Assembly (NCBI GenBank): GCA_964513145.1
Contig: CAZELK010000007.1
Span: 11,960 to 50,803 of the forward strand
Origin: Candidatus Woesearchaeota archaeon
Lineage (GTDB): Archaea > Nanobdellota > Nanobdellia > SCGC-AAA011-G17 > JACPIM01
DNA: 38,844 bases
Direction: 5' to 3'
This document shows, in pieces, positions 1-7,270 of the stretch. Each line of letters starts with the position of its first letter. Positions within the stretch are counted from its first letter, which is position 1. The position numbers were made by a program, and so were the translations under genes. The notes under the pieces were generated by a model. It was given only the letters and a program-made list of their open reading frames with translations. It was not told the DNA's origin and ran no database searches.

Positions 1-79
1 TATAATGTACTTATTTATAAATATTATGGTCATTATAATGTACTTATTATTTAATCTAATTTAAGGATATTAGGTCAGA

Positions 80-1357
80 CTAATAACCTAAGAGCCATTT
101 CCATAATGGAATATATTTTATTTTTTTATTATTTATTGTTTCTTCTTTTTCTTCATCCCAAGTTATTATAAATAAGTCTTTACATTTAAAATAATCTGCG
201 CATTTAATTAATGATTTTATTTCTCTTTCTTTTGTGTTGTTATTACTTATATCATAAGTTACTTGCATGAGCGATGTTACTTTTTTACCTTTTTTTATTA
301 GAAAATCTATTTTTCCAGCAATATCGGAATAATAAGCTATATCATTATTCCTATTTAAAAGTTCTAGAAAAACTAGGTTTTCCATAAGTTTACTTTTATC
401 CTCGAAATTTTTTAATTGGAAAAAACCGTTATCAATTATATATGGTTTTGGAATAGACTGTTCAGCTTTTATATAAGAATAAGAAAACTTCCGCAATAAA
501 AAAGAAAAGAATGCATCATTAAGATATTCTACATACTTATATAAAACATTTTTTCCTAATTTTATATTCATAGACTTAATAGAATTATAAAACTTATTTA
601 TAGAAAACTCTTTAGAAACTATTAATGAATCTATTAACAATCTCATTACTTTTATGTTTCTTACTTTGGCTCTCTCGATTACATCTTTATATATTGTGAC
701 TTCTAAAATCTCTGAAAGTATTTTCTCTCTTTCTTGTGAAAAAATTATGGTCTCTGGGTAACCCCCATAAACAAAATACTCTCTAAAGGCGTTTACAATA
801 TAACTTTTCTCAGCAGATGATAACTTATTTGTTATTTCTATTTCTTTTGCCCTTAAAAATTCTTTAAAAGAAAATGGAAAAATCTGGTATGTTAAAGTTC
901 TCCCCCTCATGCTTGTTGCAATTTCTTTACTTAACATTTTCGAGGAAGACCCAGTTATATAAACTTTTATTCTGTCATCTAAACAACCCCGGACAAATCT
1001 CTCCCACCCCGAAACAATTTGCACTTCATCTAAAAACAAATAAACTTGCTTAGTCCTATTTAATGGATATAATTCATAAAATACTTCAAGCATTTTATTT
1101 AAATCCTGATAACTTAATGACTCAAAAGAGGGTTTTTCAAGATTTACATAAATTATTTGATCTTTTTTTATGGTTTTTAAAAGATCTGAAATTATTTGAT
1201 ACATTAAATATGTTTTTCCTGCTCTTCGAGGTCCAATTATTGTAACAGCCCTATTTATTGGAATATTTGTTGGTATTTCTATATCCCTATAGATTAAACT
1301 TGGTATTTCTTTTCTATGGAAGTCTTTTATAACTTCAATCCATTTTTCTTTTATCAT
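80..1357 (-). CDS. AAA+ ATPase with C-terminal DUF4143-type domain (COG1373-like)
   Basis: Walker A GPRRAGKT, Walker B FLDEVQ, ITGSSS, YGGYPE and C-terminal IDF motif. Confidence 0.88.
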   Translation of the reverse strand: MIKEKWIEVIKDFHRKEIPSLIYRDIEIPTNIPINRAVTIIGPRRAGKTYLMYQIISDLLKTIKKDQIIYVNLEKPSFESLSYQDLNKMLEVFYELYPLNRTKQVYLFLDEVQIVSGWERFVRGCLDDRIKVYITGSSSKMLSKEIATSMRGRTLTYQIFPFSFKEFLRAKEIEITNKLSSAEKSYIVNAFREYFVYGGYPETIIFSQEREKILSEILEVTIYKDVIERAKVRNIKVMRLLIDSLIVSKEFSINKFYNSIKSMNIKLGKNVLYKYVEYLNDAFFSFLLRKFSYSYIKAEQSIPKPYIIDNGFFQLKNFEDKSKLMENLVFLELLNRNNDIAYYSDIAGKIDFLIKKGKKVTSLMQVTYDISNNNTKEREIKSLIKCADYFKCKDLFIITWDEEKEETINNKKIKYIPLWKWLLGY

Positions 1358-1462
1358 ATTAGTATTATATGTAGTGAAACTATTTATAAATGTTTCTTTC
1401 TATATAATACTAAATTATTTTATTGATTTTTATTATAACTGATTATCATTACCTAGTTGATA

Positions 1463-1681
1463 TTATATTCTTAGTTTCTTAATTTCTGCTAAAATTACAC
1501 TCATGTCAGTTCTAAACTTCAATAATATCAGCATCATTAACACCAAAAATAATGTTGAAATTGTAACTATTAATGTTAGTTGTTTTAAATCAAAATAATT
1601 TATTTGTTTTGTAATAATTGCAATTAATAAACCAATTATATATGTGAAAACTATAACAATTGATGTATTAATATATTGCAA
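1463..1681 (-). CDS. Small two-TM membrane protein, unknown function
   Basis: 72 aa, two hydrophobic stretches, TTG start. Confidence 0.5.
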   Translation of the reverse strand: MQYINTSIVIVFTYIIGLLIAIITKQINYFDLKQLTLIVTISTLFLVLMMLILLKFRTDMSVILAEIKKLRI

Positions 1682-1996
1682 TTTTTTATTATAATTTAAA
1701 TCTAAAATATTCTTTTTTAAATTTTCTGAGATATCCGGCTTTGCACATAAATTGAGTTTTATCTGAAAAACTTCATTTACTTCCGTAAATTTTCCGGACT
1801 TCTCGTAAGATTTTCAAGAAATCCGGAAACCTTCTATAACCAGCTATTAATGACTGATTGATCTACTTTCTAATTAAAATAAAAGATTAAATATTTTAGA
1901 ATCTTACTGGTTTTAAATTAAAAAGAGGTAAATAAATTCACTATAACCAAGACAATAAAAACATCTGTAATTAATTTAACAAGTAATAAAAAAGAT

Positions 1997-3025
1997 TTGT
2001 TAGATTATGATTATGGTAATTATCAATTATGGATGATATTTGGAATTGATAATGGGTTATTAAGTTGTTTCAAAGCAGCAAAAGGTCACAAACAAAAAGT
2101 AATAAAATATAAAGAATATCCGCTTCCTTTAGATTCAAGATTTATTAAAGACTGGTTTAGAACAAGAGATACTAAATTAACCAAAAATTGGATTAAAATC
2201 CCCAATTCTAAAAGAAAAGGTCAGGGTATTTGGTTGCCATTAAAATTTCATAAAGAATTGCCTAAAAAATACAAATTAAAAGATTCTTTCCTAGTTAAAA
2301 GAAATAACAAATACTATATTCATTTTACTATAGAAATAGAAGCTCCTGAACAATACAAGCCTAAAAATGTAATTGGAATAGACTTGGGATTAAAAAATCC
2401 AGTTACTTTGGTTAATATTAATACAAGAAAAACCAAATTTTTAGGCAGAGAACTAAAGCAAGTTAAAGGAAAATATTATTATTTAAGAAAGAAATTAGGT
2501 AAAGAAAAAAAACTAAAACAAATTAAAAAAATAAAAGACAAGGAAAAGAGAAAAGTACATTCTGAGCTGCATAAATTATCTAAACAAATTGTAACTGAAG
2601 CTTATAATAATAAATCAGCAATAGTAATAGGAAAATTAAGTAATTTAAAGAAAAATAAAGGAAGAAAATTTAACAGAAAACTATCTTCATTTTCTTATTA
2701 TAAGTTAACTCAATTATTAGAATATAAATGTAAAAAAAAAGGAGTTCCTTTAATTAAAGTAAATGAAGCATATACAAGTAAAACTTGTCATGTTTGTAAC
2801 ATGATAGGTACAAGAAATAAAAACTGGTTTAAATGTAATAATTGTAAATATGAGGATAATGCAGACAGAAACGCTGCATTCAATATTGGAAAACGGGGTT
2901 TAAGCTATATGCTTGGATCAGGGGCAAATGCTTTTGCCCAGAAGCCTAACCAGATTAGGCAAGCACAAGAACCTTTTAAGAAAAGCCTTGGGAAAAACGA
3001 GGAAATTGTACAAATTTGTAATTAG
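1997..3025 (+). CDS. tnpB: TnpB RNA-guided nuclease with rearranged RuvC-II; start codon uncertain (frame open from 1922)
   Basis: RuvC-I IGIDLG, IVIGKL at the canonical E position, alternative E in NEAYTSK, zinc finger CHVC/CNNC, RuvC-III ADRNAA. Confidence 0.9.
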   Translation: MLDYDYGNYQLWMIFGIDNGLLSCFKAAKGHKQKVIKYKEYPLPLDSRFIKDWFRTRDTKLTKNWIKIPNSKRKGQGIWLPLKFHKELPKKYKLKDSFLVKRNNKYYIHFTIEIEAPEQYKPKNVIGIDLGLKNPVTLVNINTRKTKFLGRELKQVKGKYYYLRKKLGKEKKLKQIKKIKDKEKRKVHSELHKLSKQIVTEAYNNKSAIVIGKLSNLKKNKGRKFNRKLSSFSYYKLTQLLEYKCKKKGVPLIKVNEAYTSKTCHVCNMIGTRNKNWFKCNNCKYEDNADRNAAFNIGKRGLSYMLGSGANAFAQKPNQIRQAQEPFKKSLGKNEEIVQICN

Positions 3026-3056
3026 TATTAAAAAGGATTAATTTATGTGCAAAGCT
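2900..3056 (+). ncRNA. Putative omegaRNA scaffold overlapping the tnpB 3' end (boundaries approximate)
   Basis: Hairpins GGGCAAA/TTTGCCC (2922-2939) and GCCTAA/TTAGGC (2944-2960) followed by CAAGAACC, as at typical tnpB 3' ends. Confidence 0.5.
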
Positions 3057-3068
3057 GAGATATCCCTA

Positions 3069-3260
3069 TTATTCACCAAATGATATGGCCAATAATATTA
3101 AACCCCCTATGATTAATATTACTGAAATAACAGCCAGAGTATATTTTTCTTGAAGAATTGATGGTATTGCCCATGTGATACCTAATACAGTACTTATAAC
3201 TCCAGCCATAGCAAGTAGATTTCTTCTGGTTTTATTCATTATCTCACTAAATAATATCAT
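3069..3260 (-). CDS. Small two-TM membrane protein
   Basis: 63 aa, two hydrophobic helices, ATG start. Confidence 0.55.
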   Translation of the reverse strand: MILFSEIMNKTRRNLLAMAGVISTVLGITWAIPSILQEKYTLAVISVILIIGGLILLAISFGE

Positions 3261-3398
3261 ATATAAAAATTATTATAATACTTTCGTTCTTTTTTTCGGA
3301 AATATTTCGATTAAATCTGGTTTATCCGCAAACTTTTGACTATTAAAGAAAAACATTTTCTTTTAAAATAATATGTCCATTCCAATGTATTATTTTAA

Positions 3399-4307
3399 TT
3401 ATTGAATTTGGGTGGGTCCATATATTTTTGGTCTTTTGTGAGAAATTATTTTTACAAGATTTTTATGCACTAATTTGCTTAATTGCTTGCCAACGCTGCC
3501 TTCTGTAGTTTTCAAAAGCTCGGCTAATTCCTGGGCTGTCCTATTTGAATCCTTTAAAACGATTATTATATTTTCCTCCATTGGACTCAATGTTGTTTCT
3601 TTTACTTTTTCTTCTTTCTTAATCTTTAACAAACTTTGTACATCATTTATTGTTATTTCTTTTTTTCCTTTAAAATTAATACAAATTTTTTCACATGTTT
3701 CAAGAATCATTCTCGGGGTGTAATCTGCTTTTTCTATAATCAGGTTTATTGCTCCTTCTGTAAATGGGCATATCTTACCGCATCTTTTTTTTACCAGATC
3801 GAATGCGTTTTGCTCATTTAATTTAGTTAATTTTATAATTCTAGTACCAACTCTATGCCTGAAACCTTCTGGTATTTCTGGTTCTTGTCCTGGCTGGGCA
3901 AAGACTATACTCTTAATATGATTCTCATCAAAATGAAGCTTTAGTGCGTATCTAAACTCTTCATTTACTGATGCAGATTCATCTAATAATAAAACAGTAT
4001 TTTTTGGGTAATCAGAACCAAATAAGCGCCGGGATAATTTTGTATGATCATTTAGAAAATTTTTTATGCTGAAGTCTTTTTCAATAGTTTCCATATTTAG
4101 GTAAGCTATAAAATGATTTTTGAGATTATTTTCAAGCCATCTTAACAGGCTTGTTTTTCCAGCCCCAGATTCTCCAACTAAAAAACATACATCGCCGCTA
4201 GTTACATAATTTAAAAGCTGTTCTTTTTCTTGCTCAAAGTTTATAACAATTGGGCTTGGCTTTATAAAAAAGGGGTTAGATTTCCACCCATATGAGACGT
4301 ACCACAT
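3399..4307 (-). CDS. AAA ATPase with C-terminal winged-helix domain
   Basis: Walker A GESGAGKT, Walker B LLLDES, C-terminal TAQELAELLKTTEGSVGKQLSKL helix-turn-helix. Confidence 0.8.
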   Translation of the reverse strand: MWYVSYGWKSNPFFIKPSPIVINFEQEKEQLLNYVTSGDVCFLVGESGAGKTSLLRWLENNLKNHFIAYLNMETIEKDFSIKNFLNDHTKLSRRLFGSDYPKNTVLLLDESASVNEEFRYALKLHFDENHIKSIVFAQPGQEPEIPEGFRHRVGTRIIKLTKLNEQNAFDLVKKRCGKICPFTEGAINLIIEKADYTPRMILETCEKICINFKGKKEITINDVQSLLKIKKEEKVKETTLSPMEENIIIVLKDSNRTAQELAELLKTTEGSVGKQLSKLVHKNLVKIISHKRPKIYGPTQIQ

Positions 4308-4424
4308 TTTCTTAAGATATAACTAGGTTGATTAATAAGTATTTTTGTGATAAAACAGCAATAATCAAATAACACCTTATAAACAATAGTTTTAAATATG
4401 ATTTTTTGTAAGATTTTCGAGACT

Positions 4425-4485
4425 TTCGTAAACTTGCTGGACAAAAACTACTGGACAAGACAAAGACCTGCCTGGCACTTATATA
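4425..4485 (+). repeat. Shared promoter-proximal element, copy 1, with TATA box TTATATA (4479-4485)
   Basis: 4440-4473 matches the reverse complement of 8401-8434 at 33/34; 4425-4474 aligns with 17731-17779. Confidence 0.85.
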
Positions 4486-4509
4486 GTTCAAAGTCTTTCA
4501 TCAAAATTT

Positions 4510-5472
4510 ATGAAAAGACTAGCACAAGAAAATAAAGAATCTATCAAAAAATTAGCTAATGAAGGTTTAAGTTTAAGGGAAATTCAGAAAATAACAAAGA
4601 TCCCATTAAGTACTTTACAATATAATTTAAATAAAAATAGTGGTCGAAAAAGAACAAAAGAAATTATAATTCCCGAATCTGATTTTTTAAGGGGTGAAAT
4701 AATTGGCGCTTTTACTGGAGATGGCTGTTATAAATATACAAAGAGAGGTAGGTCTAGAAACCATTTAATTACATTTACATTATCTTTTGAAAAAGATAAA
4801 TAATATTGTGATTATCTTGTATCTTTATTGAAGAAATTTGATCTTAAAGTTAGTGTATATATTAAGAAATTAAAAAATAAACCCACAGCATTTGAAATAA
4901 GAACATATTCTTTAAATTTCATAATCTTTCTTAAGAACTACCTAATATGGGAGAATAAAAAATTATCCATAAACAAAAACTGAAATTCCAAAACTAAAAC
5001 TTATTCTGTTCATTTAAAACAATCTGTGGAAAATTATTCGGAGGAATTTTTGTTGGGGTTCGCAAGAGGATTAATGGATACTGATGGTTTTGTTAGTAAT
5101 AGAGTTGGATGTGGAGTAGTTTCGGAAAGATTAATTGATAATTTAAAAGAGATACTCTCAAAAAATTATATTAAATCTATTATTAAAATAATTAAAAGAC
5201 CACTAAATAGAAGAGATTTGTATTTATTAACAATTGATAAAAGAAATTTAAATAATTATGAACAAAAAATAGGTTTTAGCAATTTAAGAAAAAAGAAAGA
5301 ACTTCTTAAAAAAATATTAAAAATGAGGCCGCCAGGATTTGAACTTTCCCAATTGTTTTTCAATTTCTGGGTCGCAAGGTGGTTTGCTTTTTTTATAAAG
5401 TCCCAAACCTCGAAGTCTAACCAAGTTGGCCCATTAAAGTCTAGCCTACGGCTATATGCTTCGAAACAGTAG
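4510..5472 (+). pseudogene. HTH plus double-motif LAGLIDADG homing endonuclease with two in-frame stops
   Basis: N-terminal HTH (GLSLREIQKITKIPLSTLQY), motifs IIGAFTGDG and FARGLMDTDG in one frame; TAA 4801-4803 and TGA 4981-4983; frame reads antisense through tRNA-Pro. Confidence 0.85.
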
Positions 5473-5484
5473 TTTTAAAGTCCC
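5324..5484 (-). tRNA. tRNA-Pro(UGG) with four introns (3/4, 15/16, 37/38, 52/53)
   Basis: Exons 5484-5482, 5452-5441, 5425-5402, 5380-5367 and 5344-5324 join to a 74-nt cloverleaf with acceptor GGGGCCG/CGGCCTC and anticodon loop TTTGGGA. Each junction folds as a strict or relaxed BHB. One D-stem mismatch. Confidence 0.88.
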
Positions 5485-5605
5485 ATACCTTGCTAACTGA
5501 TACTGACTGCCTCATTATTTTAACCGACCAATCTTATTTATAAATCTATTTATGCTAATTTAAAACAAACAAAAGCTTTATAAGAATATTTAAAAGTAAA
5601 AAAAT

Positions 5606-5815
5606 ATGCCAACTAAGAAAGTCAAATCAGCAGGTAGATTTGGAGCAAGATATGGTAAAAGAGTAAGGCAGAGGGTTGTTGATATAGAAAAAAAGCAAAG
5701 AAAAAAACATGAGTGCCCTTATTGTTATAATCTTGGTGCAAAAAGAATAGCCCCAGGAATATGGTTTTGCAAAAAATGTGACTTAAAGTTCACAGGAAAG
5801 GCCTATGAAATATGA
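5606..5815 (+). CDS. rpl37ae: 50S ribosomal protein L37Ae (eL43)
   Basis: SAGRFGARYG, CPYC...CKKC zinc ribbon. Confidence 0.97.
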   Translation: MPTKKVKSAGRFGARYGKRVRQRVVDIEKKQRKKHECPYCYNLGAKRIAPGIWFCKKCDLKFTGKAYEI

Positions 5816-5949
5816 GTTTATACAAATGTTTTGAATGTGGAAAACAAATAAAAGTTGAACATCTAAAGAAAAAAGTAAGATGCGTTTATTGTGGGAGCAA
5901 AATTCTATACAAGCCCAGACAAACTTCTACAGTTATAAGAGCAAAATGA
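5812..5949 (+). CDS. rpoP: RNA polymerase subunit P (Rpo12); not in the supplied ORF track
   Basis: Manual translation MSLYKCFECGKQIKVEHLKKKVRCVYCGSKILYKPRQTSTVIRAK; ATGA overlaps on both sides; conserved position. Confidence 0.93.
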   Translation: MSLYKCFECGKQIKVEHLKKKVRCVYCGSKILYKPRQTSTVIRAK

Positions 5950-6281
5950 AGAAAGAAACTGAAGAAAAAATAGAACAAATACAATTAGTAGAGCAAAATT
6001 TACAAAATCTTCTTGGGCAGAAACAAACTTTTCAATCACAACTTCTAGAAATAGAAAATGCACTGGAAGAATTAACAAAAAGCAAAGACAAAGTTTACAA
6101 AATTGTAGGTTCTATAATGGTTTTGTCAGAAAGAAGTGATGTGGAAAAATATTTAAATTCTAAAAAGGAAATAATTGAACTTAGAATTAAAAATTTAGAC
6201 AAACAAGAAAACAAATTAAAAGAAAAAGTTAATGAATTTCAACAAGAAATTTTAAAAGAATTAAAAAATAAAGAGGCGTAG
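5946..6281 (+). CDS. pfdB: Prefoldin beta subunit
   Basis: Coiled coil with VYKIVGSIMV hairpin; start at the ATG overlapping the rpoP stop. Confidence 0.92.
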   Translation: MKKETEEKIEQIQLVEQNLQNLLGQKQTFQSQLLEIENALEELTKSKDKVYKIVGSIMVLSERSDVEKYLNSKKEIIELRIKNLDKQENKLKEKVNEFQQEILKELKNKEA

Positions 6282-6282
6282 T

Positions 6283-6534
6283 ATGCCTGATGAAAAATTA
6301 AATGAAATAATCGACATATTATTACAAATTGAAGGTGATTTTAGCATTCCCAAGAACATAAGATTTAGAATTAAGAATGCTATTACTGCCTTGAAAGATG
6401 GTGATCAAAGTATTGGTCTTAAAGTGAATAAGTCATTACAGGAATTAGATGCCTTGGATGAAGAGTCAAATATACCTTCTTTTACAAGAACACAAATATG
6501 GAATGTGGTAAGCTCTTTAGAAGGCATGGTTTAA
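6283..6534 (+). CDS. UPF0147 family protein
   Basis: DFSIPKNIR ... NIPSFTRTQIWNVVSSLE. Confidence 0.88.
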   Translation: MPDEKLNEIIDILLQIEGDFSIPKNIRFRIKNAITALKDGDQSIGLKVNKSLQELDALDEESNIPSFTRTQIWNVVSSLEGMV

Positions 6535-6649
6535 TCTTTTATTTACTATATTTGTTGATACTATACATTCCAGTATTTATTTTTACTTAAATCTCCCAAA
6601 GTATAGAAATATTTATATATCTATTTCAGCATTATTTAAAAAGATTATA

Positions 6650-7048
6650 ATGGTAGTATTTTCAAGAATAAAAAATAAAATCCTGGGTGTGCCTGAAGAG
6701 GATGAACTAATAGATGACTATGTCGAGATAGACACTAAAAAAGATTTTTCTGGTGCAAAAACTAAAATTGTTGTTAAACCATTCATAATCCAAGAATTTA
6801 CTGATATAAAAGAACCCTTAGATGCTTTAAGAGAGGGCTATACAATTGCTTTAGTAAATATTAAAGCACTGAAAGACAAAGATATTGTAGAATTAAAAAG
6901 AGCAGTGACTAAGTTAAAGAAGACTTGTGATGCTATTGAGGGAGATATTGCTGGATTTGGTGATGACTGGATTGTTGTTACGCCTTCATTTGCACATGTT
7001 TACAGGAACACACAAACAGAAGAATTAAGCCCTAATTCTAATGAATAA
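6650..7048 (+). CDS. sepF: Cell division protein SepF
   Basis: LREGYTIALVNI...CDAIEGDIAGFGDDWIVVTP. Confidence 0.9.
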   Translation: MVVFSRIKNKILGVPEEDELIDDYVEIDTKKDFSGAKTKIVVKPFIIQEFTDIKEPLDALREGYTIALVNIKALKDKDIVELKRAVTKLKKTCDAIEGDIAGFGDDWIVVTPSFAHVYRNTQTEELSPNSNE

Positions 7049-7270
7049 TTCTCATTTAAAGTGAAGCTCCCAGTCACAGCCACGTTTTGATTAAACTTTT
7101 TCCAAAAAAGTTTACTGTGTGGCATCCTTTTAAAATAACGTTTTCCGTTAACGCTTTTCTCAAAAGGGTTAGGGTTCTTGGTTCATTGAGTCAGAATAAG
7201 TCTTGTTTTTTCCCAAGGCTTTTTCATAAAAAGGCTTTCCCCAAGCGTTACTTCCTGTCCTTCCGACAGT
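7041..7270 (-). ncRNA. Putative omegaRNA; scaffold ends at 7061, guide from ~7060-7041 (boundaries approximate)
   Basis: Structured region overlapping the tnpB 3' end and finishing at TTCAC; established TnpB architecture. Confidence 0.55.

Larger units (their letters stand above)
1737..3056 (+). mobile_element. Non-autonomous TIR element (IS903/IS5-like ends) carrying tnpB
   Basis: Left TIR GGCTTTGCACATAAATT (1737-1753); right TIR AATTTATGTGCAAAGCT (3040-3056, 16/17 match); flanking 9-bp direct repeat GAGATATCC at 1728-1736 and 3057-3065; no DDE transposase inside. Confidence 0.82.

Noticed and set aside
1791-1829. Hairpin TTTCCGGA...TCCGGAAA as an IS605 left end, and similar degenerate TTTTCGAG motifs at ~3300, 4410, 11535 and 13740
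   Set aside because: The hairpin is real, but the similarity among the sites is too weak to define a family or a boundary by eye.
4801-4983. Stop-codon reassignment to explain in-frame TAA and TGA
   Set aside because: Conserved housekeeping genes end normally at TAA, TGA and TAG and contain no internal stops.
5467-5476. 10-mer AAAACTACTG shared by the Pro 3/4 intron and the shared promoter element
   Set aside because: It is too short in AT-rich DNA to exclude chance, and there is no flanking similarity.
5485-5513. GAGGC as the 5' exon of tRNA-Pro with a 58-nt first intron
   Set aside because: It forms no good BHB. Starting at GGG (5484) gives a clean BHB and the standard GGGGCCG acceptor.
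5880-5945. N-terminal extension of prefoldin beta given in the ORF track
   Set aside because: It overlaps rpoP in another frame. The real start is the ATG at 5946.
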